DNA from: Planctomycetota bacterium
GTDB lineage: Bacteria > Planctomycetota > UBA1135 > UBA2386
Assembly (NCBI GenBank): GCA_965228735.1
Contig: OZ245838.1
Coordinates: 4,576,001-4,640,000, forward strand
DNA: 64,000 nt
Direction of reading: 5' to 3'
The position numbers were made by a program, and so were the translations under genes. The notes below the pieces were generated by a model. That model searched no databases. It saw nothing but the letters and a program-made list of their open reading frames with translations, and was not told the DNA's origin. Below are positions 28,389 through 37,336 of this stretch, in pieces; position 1 is the stretch's first letter; every line of letters starts with the position of its first letter.

Positions 28389-28757
28389 ATGGCTGCAAAG
28401 AAGAACACCAAGCCCGGCTACGATTTCATCGTCGCCAGCCTCAAGAAGGACAAGAAGGTCTCCTACGCCGACATTGCCGCGGCGGCAAAGAAGAAGGGCC
28501 TGGCGGTCTATCCGATCATGTATGGCCGCGCCAAGGCCGCGCTCGGCCTCGTCCCGTCGAAGCCACGCGGCAGCAAGAAGAAGAAGGTCGGCCGACCCGC
28601 TGGCCGCCGCGGCCCGGGCCGCCCGCGCAAGAACCCGGCGCCGAGTTCCCTCGAGGGCATTCTCGCCGCGGTCAAGTCGAGCGAGGTCGACAAGGCCCGT
28701 TACCGCGAAGCGCTGGAGCAGGTCCAGGACATCATCGCCGACGCGCTGGCCGATTGA
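28389..28757 (+). CDS. Small Lys/Arg-rich protein with AT-hook-like motif; putative DNA-binding protein
   Basis: KKKKVGRPAGRRGPGRPRK, basic N-domain, amphipathic C-terminal helix. Confidence 0.7.
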   Translation: MAAKKNTKPGYDFIVASLKKDKKVSYADIAAAAKKKGLAVYPIMYGRAKAALGLVPSKPRGSKKKKVGRPAGRRGPGRPRKNPAPSSLEGILAAVKSSEVDKARYREALEQVQDIIADALAD

Positions 28758-28770
28758 TCGAGCGATAGCC

Positions 28771-28836
28771 GGGTCTGGATCTTCGGGTCTGGATCTTCGG
28801 GTCTGGTCTTCGGCCGGGTCTTCGGGGCCTGGATCT
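28771..28836. repeat. Decaying 14-bp tandem repeat between convergent genes
   Basis: gggtctggatcttc twice exactly, then gggtctggtcttc, ggccgggtcttc and ggggcctggatct. Confidence 0.8.
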
Positions 28837-29731
28837 ATCCGACGAGTTCACGCCAGGCCGGCGTGTAACGCTGCTCGAATCGTTCGGCGGCGTAAGCCTC
28901 GAAGCGCGCCGCGAGCGCCTGGGCCGCCGCGCCCGGCTCGCCGCCGTGTATCGCATCGCCGTCGAGGTGCGTAACCGCGGCAACGTCGCGCAGCGTGCTC
29001 GTCAGACACAGGTCCTCGGCGCGCCGGACGTCGGCGGGCGTCAGCTGTCGTTCGGCGGCCGGTTCCCCGCTCTGCGCGAGGCAATCGAGCACGAGCCGAC
29101 GGGTGACCCCGGCGAGCAATCCGTCCGCGAGCGGTGGCGTGCACCACTGCCCGTCGAGGAAGGCGAACAGGTTGGCCGTCGACGCCTCCGTGACGAAGCC
29201 CTGGGCGTTCGCCATCAGGCAGTCCGTCGCGCCCGCCGCCTGCGCCTCGGCCAGGCCGAGCACGCTGTTGAGGTAGTTGCCGCTCTTGGTCGCCGGGTCG
29301 AGCGCCCGGCGGTCGTTACGCAGCCGGTCGACGATGTGCAGTCTGGCCGGCAGCCCGCGCCCGGCCGGCAGCTCACGCACCATCACGACCCAGGTCAGCG
29401 GCCCGGTCGCGGTCGCGAGCCCGATGTTGGGCGCCGTCGCCGTGCCGCGCGTCACGATGATCCGCACGTAGGCCTCGGTCAGCTCCGCGGCTGCGAGCGT
29501 GTCGCGCACCCGCCCGGCGATCTCCCGCTCGTCGACGTCGAGCTCCATCAGGAGCCCCGCCGCCGACTCCCGTAGCCGCGCGAAGTGCTCCGGCCACGCG
29601 AACGGGACCGCGCCCGCGGTCCGCACCACCTCGTAGATCGAGTCGCCGAACAGGAACCCCCGGTCGAGCACGGGGACGTGCGCCCTGGCTTCCGGAACGA
29701 TCACGCCATCGAGATTGCAGAGATTGGCCAT
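28835..29731 (-). CDS. Class IV PLP aminotransferase (IlvE/Dat/PabC family)
   Basis: DRGFLFGDSIYE, KSGNYLNS, TEASTANLF, LAGVTR. Confidence 0.9.
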   Translation of the reverse strand: MANLCNLDGVIVPEARAHVPVLDRGFLFGDSIYEVVRTAGAVPFAWPEHFARLRESAAGLLMELDVDEREIAGRVRDTLAAAELTEAYVRIIVTRGTATAPNIGLATATGPLTWVVMVRELPAGRGLPARLHIVDRLRNDRRALDPATKSGNYLNSVLGLAEAQAAGATDCLMANAQGFVTEASTANLFAFLDGQWCTPPLADGLLAGVTRRLVLDCLAQSGEPAAERQLTPADVRRAEDLCLTSTLRDVAAVTHLDGDAIHGGEPGAAAQALAARFEAYAAERFEQRYTPAWRELVG

Positions 29732-29763
29732 GCAGGCGGGGATGGTAAGCTCCATGGAACTGC

Positions 29764-31215
29764 ATGTGCGGCTTCATCTCGATCTTCGGTCCCGACCAGA
29801 CCGACACCATTCACGACGTGCTCCAAGGGCTGCTGGCGATTCAGCACCGGGGGCAGGACGCGGCGGGCGTCGTCACGTTCAAGGATCGCTTCCAGGCCAA
29901 GAAGGGCTTGGGCCTCGTGCGCGAGGTGTTCGAGGACAAACACCTCCAGCGCCTCAAGGGGCCGCTCGCCGTCGGCCACGTGCGCTACCCGACGGTCGGC
30001 ATGGGTGAGGACACCGATGTGCAGCCGTTCTGGCTCGACTATCCGGTCGGCATCGCGATGGCGCACAACGGCAACGTCACCAACTTCCACGAGCTGCGCC
30101 GCGACTACTTCGGCAATCGCCACATCCACCTCGCGAGCAATTGCGACCTCGAGGCCGCGCTCTACGTCTTCGCCGATGCGCTGATGCGCCGCGGCCACGA
30201 CAACGTCGAGCTCGACGATGTGCGCGTGGCGGTCAAGGAAGTGTTCGACCGCGTCAAGGGCGCCTACTCCGTCGCCGGCATCACGGCCGAGGGCATGTAT
30301 GCGTTCCGCGATCCGTTCGGCATCAAGCCGATCATCTTCGGCAAGAAGGTGACGGACGAGGGCACGTGGTACGCGGTCGCGAGCGAGTCCGTCGTGCTCG
30401 ACGTCGCGGGCTACGAGGTCGTGCGCAACCTCGCTGCCGGCGAGATGCTGTGGATCGGCCAGGATCGCGAGCCGCACTTCGTGCAGGTCGGCGATCGCCC
30501 GCACCGGCCGTGCATCTTCGAATACATCTACTTCGCGCGCCCCGACTCCTTCCTCGACGACACCTCGGTCTACGAGGCGCGCATGGAGCTCGGCCGCCGG
30601 CTCGCGCGTTCGTTCCGCGATACGGGCCTGAAGGCCGACGTCGTCATCCCCGTGCCCGAGTCGGCCAAGACCGCCGCCCAGACGATGGCGGAAGAACTCG
30701 GGCTCCCGTGCCGCGAGGGCTTCGTCAAGAACCGCTACGTCGGGCGCACGTTCATCATGCCCAACGACGAGGCCCGCCGCGCCTCGATCCGCGCCAAGCT
30801 CAACCCGATCCGCGCCGAGTTCGAGGGCAAGGACGTGCTGATCCTCGACGACTCGATCGTGCGCGGCAACACGAGCAAGCAGATCATCGCGATCGCCCGC
30901 CAGATGGGCGCGCGCAAGGTCTACTTCGCGTCCTACTCCCCGCCGCTGCTCTACCCGTGCTTCTACGGCATCGACATGTCGACCAAGCGCGAGTTCGTGG
31001 CCCAGGGCCGCACCAACGAAGAACTCGCCAAGGAACTCGGCTGCGATCACGTGCTCTACCAGACCGTCGACGAGATGGTCGACGCCGTGCGCATCGCCGG
31101 CGGCCACGCCGACCGCACGTTCTGCACCGGCTGCTTCGAGGGCGAGTATCCGACCGGTGACATCACCGAGGGCATGATCTCGGACATCGAAGAGGACCGG
31201 ATGGCGGCGCGCTGA
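29764..31215 (+). CDS. purF: Amidophosphoribosyltransferase
   Basis: N-terminal MCG, QHRGQD, CIFEYIYFARPDS, DDSIVRGNTS, Fe-S type Cys (PCFYGID, CTGC). Confidence 0.96.
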   Translation: MCGFISIFGPDQTDTIHDVLQGLLAIQHRGQDAAGVVTFKDRFQAKKGLGLVREVFEDKHLQRLKGPLAVGHVRYPTVGMGEDTDVQPFWLDYPVGIAMAHNGNVTNFHELRRDYFGNRHIHLASNCDLEAALYVFADALMRRGHDNVELDDVRVAVKEVFDRVKGAYSVAGITAEGMYAFRDPFGIKPIIFGKKVTDEGTWYAVASESVVLDVAGYEVVRNLAAGEMLWIGQDREPHFVQVGDRPHRPCIFEYIYFARPDSFLDDTSVYEARMELGRRLARSFRDTGLKADVVIPVPESAKTAAQTMAEELGLPCREGFVKNRYVGRTFIMPNDEARRASIRAKLNPIRAEFEGKDVLILDDSIVRGNTSKQIIAIARQMGARKVYFASYSPPLLYPCFYGIDMSTKREFVAQGRTNEELAKELGCDHVLYQTVDEMVDAVRIAGGHADRTFCTGCFEGEYPTGDITEGMISDIEEDRMAAR

Positions 31216-31234
31216 GCCGGCCGTCGGGAATGCG

Positions 31235-31960
31235 ATGACCCGCCCGACCGACGGGCCTGGGGAAGCGGCTCCGCTGACGCCGTTGTCCGAGTGGCTGCCC
31301 CCGGCGGTTCGCGCGGCTGTCGCCCCGATCGACCCGCGCATCGACGATCTGCACGCCGAAGAGGCGGCGCTGATCGAGCGGGCCGTCCCGGTGCGCCAGC
31401 GCGAGTTCGCGGCCGGGCGGCGACTCGCGCGGCGGTTGCTCGCCGAGCTCGGGTGCTCGCCGACGCCGCTACTGCGGCTATCGGATCGCAGTCCACGCTG
31501 GCCGGATCAGGTCGTCGGCACGATCGCGCACTCTCGCGAACTCTGCGCGGTCGCGGTCGCGTCGCGGGGTCATGGCATCGTCGGAGTCGGTCTCGACCTC
31601 GAACCCGATGCCGCGATGGCGCCGGAGCTCGCGAACCGGATCCTCACGGCGCGCGAGCAGGCCGCGGCGGCGGCGTTGACGCCGGCGGAACGCGGCCGGT
31701 ACGCCACCCTCGCTTTCGCGGTCAAGGAAGCGGTGTTCAAGTGCGTCCACCCGGTAGGCAACGACGGCCTCGAATTCTCGGCGGTCGAGGTCGAGCCAGA
31801 TCTCGTGAGCCTGGCCAGCGACCACTCGATGCTTCGAACTCGGCCCGCGGTGGATCTGTTGCGCCGTATCGGTTCCGCAACCCTGGAATGCGGCGCGGAG
31901 CGGCGCGCCGGGCATTGGCTCGTAGCTGCCTTGCTATCGACCGTGCCGGCGCGGCGCTGA
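31235..31960 (+). CDS. 4'-phosphopantetheinyl transferase (EntD/Sfp-type)
   Basis: RQREFAAGR, PRWP..VVGTIAHS, VGLDLE, FAVKEAVFK. Confidence 0.9.
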   Translation: MTRPTDGPGEAAPLTPLSEWLPPAVRAAVAPIDPRIDDLHAEEAALIERAVPVRQREFAAGRRLARRLLAELGCSPTPLLRLSDRSPRWPDQVVGTIAHSRELCAVAVASRGHGIVGVGLDLEPDAAMAPELANRILTAREQAAAAALTPAERGRYATLAFAVKEAVFKCVHPVGNDGLEFSAVEVEPDLVSLASDHSMLRTRPAVDLLRRIGSATLECGAERRAGHWLVAALLSTVPARR

Positions 31961-32190
31961 TTCGAATCCCACTCTCTTCAAGGTGAGAGGGGCCGTTTCT
32001 CGAAACGACTGGTGAGTCTTGGCGTTCTCGAAACGGGCCGCTATTCCATTCGACCGACAAGGCTGCACGGCATCGGGATATGCTGTATTGGAAAGGGTCT
32101 TGCCGCCACTTCTCGCCCCATCGGAATCGTGCGCCCGGCATGGCCTCACCAAGGATGAGCCCGCTCTAGAGTAACGTAAGGACTACACCG

Positions 32191-32451
32191 TTGGACCGCG
32201 ATACGACCAGCCAGATCGTCTCGATCCTGCTCGAACACGGCCGGCTCAGCCGCGACGCGGCGGAGTTGGAGCCGGAAGACAGCCTGTACGATGCCGGCAT
32301 GACGTCCCACGCCAGTGTCAGCGTCATGTTGGCGTTGGAGGAGGCGTTCGACGTGGAGTTCCCTGATAGCATGCTCAGCCGGCGGGTCTTCGAGAGCATC
32401 GGTTCCATCAGGGACGCTGTCGAGCAACTGATGACCAGTGCCCAGGGCTGA
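32191..32451 (+). CDS. Carrier protein of the aminoacyl-carrier type
   Basis: LYDAGMTSHASVSVMLALEEAFDVEFPD with the Ppant Ser; TTG start after AAGGA. Confidence 0.88.
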   Translation: MDRDTTSQIVSILLEHGRLSRDAAELEPEDSLYDAGMTSHASVSVMLALEEAFDVEFPDSMLSRRVFESIGSIRDAVEQLMTSAQG

Positions 32452-32475
32452 GGTGCCAAGGACCCGCGCCGTGCG

Positions 32476-33639
32476 ATGACCGCAACTTCGACATCGACTT
32501 CCCTCGCCGGATCGGTTTCCAGGATCGCCCGGGACGTGGCAGCAAAGCACGCCGACTCCGTCGACGCGGAGGCGCGGTTCCCGCAGGAGACGATCGATGC
32601 CCTGAAGGCCGCGGGCGCCCTCGGCGCTGCCGTTCCGAAGGAGTTCGGGGGCGCCGGCAGCAGCGTCGAAGACGTCACGCAGATGGCGCAGTCGCTCGGT
32701 GAGAACTGCGCGGCGAGCGCGATGGTGTTCGCCATGCACCACATCCAGGTGGCGAGCATCGCGAATCACTGCGGTGAGAGCACCGAGCTGCGCGACTACC
32801 TGCGCCGCGTCGCGAGCGAGCAACGCCTCATCGCGTCGGCGACGTCCGAGGTCGGACCGAGCGGCGACATGCGGCGCAGTGAGTGCGCCGTGGTTCGAAG
32901 CGGCGACGGGTTCGAGGTCACGAAGCAGGCGACGACGATCAGCTACGGCAAGTTCGCCGATGATCTGCTCCTCACGGCGCGCCGCGATTCCGAAGCCGCG
33001 AGCAACGATCAGGTCGCGGTTCTCTGCGTCGACGGTGACTACACGATCGACACCAAGGGATCGTGGGACACGCTCGGCATGCGTGGGACCTGCTCCCCGG
33101 GCGGCGAGATCAAGGTGCGCGGCAAGGCCTGGCAGGTGATGCCCGCGTTCGGCGACATGGCCACCGAGACGATGGTGCCCTACTCGCACATCACCTGGGC
33201 CGGCCTCTGGCTCGGGATCGCGGTCGACGCGGTCAATCGGGCCCGCAAGGCCGTGCGTGGTGCCGCCCGCAAGAACGCCGGTGAAGTGCCGCTCGCGGCG
33301 ACCAACCTCGCCGACACGATGGAGAAGCTGAATCGGCTGAAGGCCGAGGTCTACATGGCCGCGCAGGAGCACGATCGGCTCATCGCGAACGACCGCGAGG
33401 CGCTTTCGAGCCTCGGGTACGCGCTCCGGATCAACACGCTCAAGCTGTCGGCATCGAAGCAGGTGCCCGAGATCGTGACCGAGGCGCTGCGCATCTGCGG
33501 CATCCGCGGCTACAAGAACGACTCGGAGTTCGCGCTCGGCCGTCACCTGCGCGATTCGCTGTCGGCGGCGTTGATGGTCAACAACGATCGATTGCGCGCC
33601 ACGAACGCCTCGCTCCTCTGCATCCACAAGGGCAGCTGA
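32476..33639 (+). CDS. Acyl-CoA/acyl-ACP dehydrogenase family protein
   Basis: VDAEARFP, ASATSE, WDTLGMRGTCS, ICGIRGY, RHLRD. Confidence 0.9.
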   Translation: MTATSTSTSLAGSVSRIARDVAAKHADSVDAEARFPQETIDALKAAGALGAAVPKEFGGAGSSVEDVTQMAQSLGENCAASAMVFAMHHIQVASIANHCGESTELRDYLRRVASEQRLIASATSEVGPSGDMRRSECAVVRSGDGFEVTKQATTISYGKFADDLLLTARRDSEAASNDQVAVLCVDGDYTIDTKGSWDTLGMRGTCSPGGEIKVRGKAWQVMPAFGDMATETMVPYSHITWAGLWLGIAVDAVNRARKAVRGAARKNAGEVPLAATNLADTMEKLNRLKAEVYMAAQEHDRLIANDREALSSLGYALRINTLKLSASKQVPEIVTEALRICGIRGYKNDSEFALGRHLRDSLSAALMVNNDRLRATNASLLCIHKGS

Positions 33640-33675
33640 GGCGCTGCCCCCCTCTCGCGCACACTCCCTTCGGCC

Positions 33676-34689
33676 GTGACTGAGAGTTCGGGCAACGTGA
33701 GTTCGGCTGCCGCCAGTGCGTCGGTCTGGTCGCTCGATGCAGCGACCTACGAGAACCACGCGCTGCACAAGAACGACCGCGATTGGCAGGAATCCAACTG
33801 CTACATCGATGTCTGGATCGAGGTGCTGCACGCGCTCGGGCTCGACGTCTACGCGAGCCTGCCGTTCACCCTCGCGAGCGACTTCGAGGACGATCAGTGG
33901 ACGTTCTACAAGCCGCCGCATACCGAGCTCGAGGAGCTCTACGGTCTCGATGTCCAGGAGCTGACACTCTGGCGTGATCTCGTGTCACACTGCGTGGAGC
34001 AGACGGCCGCGAAGAAGCTGGTCTTCGTCGAGATGGACGCGTTCCACCTCCCCGACGCCGAGGGCACGGACTACCACCAGCAGCACACGAAGTCGACGAT
34101 CGCCGTCGCGAGGATCGACGCCGAGAAGCGCACACTCGGCTACTTCCACAACACGAGCTACTACGAACTCGGCGGCGCCGACTTCGAAGGCGTCTTCAAC
34201 ACCGGCGAGCGGCCGGAGGGCTACCTGCCGCCGTACGCCGAGTGGGTTCGCATCGACAAGATGGTGCGCCGACCGGACGCGGAGCTCGTCCCGTTGTCGC
34301 TCGACCTCGCCCGCAAGCACCTCCGCCGCGCACCGACCGAGAACCCGCTCGAGAAGTTCGCGGAACGCTTTCCGCGCGATCTCGACTGGCTGCTCGAACG
34401 TGATCTCGCCGCGTATCACATGTACGTCTTCGCGGGCGTGCGGCAGTGCGGTTCGTCGTTCGACTTCGCGGCCCACTACCTGCGCTGGCTCGCCGCGCGC
34501 GGGCACCCGACGCTCGCCGAGCCGGCGGAGGAGCTCGCCATGATCTCGACCGGCTGCAAGGCGCTCATCCTCAAGCTCGCGCGCATCGTCAATCGCAAGA
34601 GGCCCAAGGACCTGACCCCGGACATCCGGGAACTGGCCGGTAACTGGGATCGGGCGATGAGCGCGCTGCGGACCCAGCTCGCGCAGTGA
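33676..34689 (+). CDS. DUF1839-family protein
   Basis: WQESNCYIDVWIE, DFEDDQWTFYKPP, DAFHLPD..GTDY..QHTKS, YFHN; typical neighbour of this carrier/ACAD pair. Confidence 0.75.
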   Translation: MTESSGNVSSAAASASVWSLDAATYENHALHKNDRDWQESNCYIDVWIEVLHALGLDVYASLPFTLASDFEDDQWTFYKPPHTELEELYGLDVQELTLWRDLVSHCVEQTAAKKLVFVEMDAFHLPDAEGTDYHQQHTKSTIAVARIDAEKRTLGYFHNTSYYELGGADFEGVFNTGERPEGYLPPYAEWVRIDKMVRRPDAELVPLSLDLARKHLRRAPTENPLEKFAERFPRDLDWLLERDLAAYHMYVFAGVRQCGSSFDFAAHYLRWLAARGHPTLAEPAEELAMISTGCKALILKLARIVNRKRPKDLTPDIRELAGNWDRAMSALRTQLAQ

Positions 34690-34720
34690 TCCGAGGCTGC
34701 GCGTCGGCTAGCGTTTTGGA

Positions 34721-37231
34721 ATGCGAGTCTCGCTGACCGAGGGTTGGATGTTCGCGGCGAGCGACGCCGGCATCGACGACCCGGCCGCGCCGGCGCTTGC
34801 GGACCTCGATTGGCGCGATGTGAGCGTGCCGGGAACCGTCGCATCGGCCCTGCGCGACCTCGGAGCCGGCGCCGATGACCGCGCAGCCATCGGCCGACGT
34901 GACCACTGGTTCCGGTGCCACTTCGCGCGACCCACGGAAAGCGCAGACGCGAGCATGAAGCTCGAGCTCGCCGGCCTCGCGTCGATCGCCGACGTCTGGC
35001 TCAACGGTGAGCACGTGCTGCACAGCGACTCGATGTTCGTCGCGCACGCCCTCGACGTCACGGATCGGCTGCAGGGCGACAACGAGCTCGTGCTGCGCTT
35101 CCATGCCCTGCTGCCGGCGCTCGGCAAGCGCCGACCGCGACCGCGGTGGCGCACGGCGCTCGTGAAGCCGCAGACGCTGCGCTACTTCCGCCAGACCCTG
35201 CTCGGGCACGTCACGGCGTGGTGTCCGGACACGATCGCGGTGGGTCCGTGGCGTGGCATCGATCTCGTCGTCGACGATGCCGTTGTCGTGCAGCGCCGCT
35301 CGGTGCGCACGAGCGTCGTCAACGGCACCGGTGTGGTCACCGTCATGCTCCAGCTGCAGCCGTGCGCGGGAACGGACCTGGACGGCGGCAGGCTCGTGGT
35401 CGGTGACCACACGGCCGAACTGGAGATCGCTCCCGGCGAGAACGGCGCGTCCGTCGCGGTCGCGCAGCTCGAGATCGCCGATGTGGAGCTGTGGTGGCCG
35501 CACACGCACGGCGGCCAGCCCCTCTATCCGGCAGCCGCCGAACTGCGCGCGGGCGGCGAGACGCTCGAGGTTCGACTCGGCAGTCTCGGCTTTCGAACGA
35601 TCGGCGAGCCGACGCTCGACCGCCCCGGCCTCGCCATCAACGGCGTCGAGATCCACGCGCGCGGCGCGTGTTGGACGACCCTCGACCTCGATCGCCTGTC
35701 TGCGGACCCCGAGGCCTACCGCGAAGCGCTCACGACGGCGCGCTATGGCGGTCTCAACATGCTGCGCGTCGGCGGCACGATGGTCTACGAGCACGACGCG
35801 TTCTATCGACTGTGCGACGAGCTCGGGATCCTCGTGTGGCAGGACTTCATGTTCGCCAACATGGACTATCCGATCGACGACCCGGAGTTTCGCGCGGCGA
35901 TCGAGCTCGAGAGCAAGCAGTTCCTCGAACGCACGCAGACCAGCTGCAGCCTCACGGTGCTGTGCGGCGGCAGCGAGGTCGAGCAGCAGGCCGCGATGCT
36001 CGGGCTGCCGCAGGAGGCCTGGTCCAACGAGTGGTTCGCGGCAGGCCTGCCGGCAATCTGCCGTGAGCTCCGGCCCGATCTGCCCTACTGGCCCTCGTCG
36101 CCGACCGGCGGCGAGCTGCCGTTCCACGTCGGGACCGGCATCGCGCACTACTTCGGCGTCGGCGCCTATCAGCGCCCGCTGGCCGACGCCCGGCTCAACG
36201 CGCCGCGGTTTGCGTCCGAGTGCCTCGCGTTCTCCAACGTGCCCGAACCCGAGAGCCTGCTCGAGCTCGGCGGCGGCGCCCTGCTCGGCCCGCACCACCC
36301 GGACTTCAAACGCGCGGTCGCGCGCGACCCCGGCACGGGCTGGGACTTCACCGACGTCACGGATCACTACGTCGAACGGCTGTTCGGCATCGATTCGCGT
36401 GACCTCCGATACGCCGACTGCGAGCGCTACTACCAGCACTGCCGGGTCGCGATCGGCGAGGTCCTCGCGACCACTGCCGGCCACTGGCGCGCCGCCGATT
36501 GCCGCAATCAGGGTGCCTTGATCTGGTTCTATCGCGACCTCGTGCTCGGCGCGGGCTGGGGCATCGTCGATGCCGCGGGGCGGCCCAAGAGCGCGTATCA
36601 CTACCTCCGACGCGCGTGGGCTCCGCGGGCCGTGTGGTTCGTCGACGATGGCCTCGATGGTCTGATCGCCCACGTCGCCAACGATGGCCCCGCACCGTTG
36701 ACCGCGAAACTGCAGGTTCGCGTCCTCGGACCGCGCGATGTGGTCACCGCCGAAGCCGAAACCGAGGTCGAGGTCGGGCCACACGCGCAGGCCGCGTTCG
36801 GCGTCGATCGACTCCTCGGCCGCTTCTGCGACACGACCTACTCCTATCGCTTCGGCCCGCGTGGTCACCACGTCATCGCCGTTCGCCTCGTGGAGGACGG
36901 CGCCGACGAGGCGATCGCGGAGGCGTGCTACTTCCCGAGCGAACTCCCGAGCGTGATGGACCCGGACGTTCGCGTGGAGGCCGAGGTCAGCGCGCAGCCC
37001 GCGGATGGTGACATCGAGATCTTCGACGTGACGTTCCGGTCGTCGCGGCTCTGCCAGGCCGTTGCGATCGATGCGCCGGGGTATCGCCCGAGCGACAACT
37101 ACTTCCACGTGCTGCCGGGCGCGCCGCGGACCGTTCGGCTCCGCGGCCGCGCCCCGCGCGGTCTGCGTGGGTTCGCGCAGCCGTTCAACTCGCCACACAC
37201 GGTTCGTCTGGTCGTTGCGCCAGACGCGTGA
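34721..37231 (+). CDS. GH2 beta-mannosidase-like glycoside hydrolase
   Basis: LWWPHTHG, NMLRVGG, CDELGILVWQDFMFA, GGSE (acid/base), FASE (nucleophile); no signal peptide seen. Confidence 0.85.
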   Translation: MRVSLTEGWMFAASDAGIDDPAAPALADLDWRDVSVPGTVASALRDLGAGADDRAAIGRRDHWFRCHFARPTESADASMKLELAGLASIADVWLNGEHVLHSDSMFVAHALDVTDRLQGDNELVLRFHALLPALGKRRPRPRWRTALVKPQTLRYFRQTLLGHVTAWCPDTIAVGPWRGIDLVVDDAVVVQRRSVRTSVVNGTGVVTVMLQLQPCAGTDLDGGRLVVGDHTAELEIAPGENGASVAVAQLEIADVELWWPHTHGGQPLYPAAAELRAGGETLEVRLGSLGFRTIGEPTLDRPGLAINGVEIHARGACWTTLDLDRLSADPEAYREALTTARYGGLNMLRVGGTMVYEHDAFYRLCDELGILVWQDFMFANMDYPIDDPEFRAAIELESKQFLERTQTSCSLTVLCGGSEVEQQAAMLGLPQEAWSNEWFAAGLPAICRELRPDLPYWPSSPTGGELPFHVGTGIAHYFGVGAYQRPLADARLNAPRFASECLAFSNVPEPESLLELGGGALLGPHHPDFKRAVARDPGTGWDFTDVTDHYVERLFGIDSRDLRYADCERYYQHCRVAIGEVLATTAGHWRAADCRNQGALIWFYRDLVLGAGWGIVDAAGRPKSAYHYLRRAWAPRAVWFVDDGLDGLIAHVANDGPAPLTAKLQVRVLGPRDVVTAEAETEVEVGPHAQAAFGVDRLLGRFCDTTYSYRFGPRGHHVIAVRLVEDGADEAIAEACYFPSELPSVMDPDVRVEAEVSAQPADGDIEIFDVTFRSSRLCQAVAIDAPGYRPSDNYFHVLPGAPRTVRLRGRAPRGLRGFAQPFNSPHTVRLVVAPDA

Positions 37232-37336
37232 TTCGTGCCTGGCCGGCCCCGCGCCGGGCCCGCCTGCCTTTCTCGGGTGGAACTTCGAAGGCCCGCGTCT
37301 AGAGTCCCGGGCCTGGCTCGCTCGCCAGGACCATCG

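Noticed and set aside
31900..31985. Intact tRNA gene
   Set aside because: Only a 3'-end-like 17-mer; the upstream bases are PPTase coding sequence and give no cloverleaf.
32068..32085. Sigma54 promoter before the carrier gene
   Set aside because: GG-to-GC spacing is 11, not the required 10.
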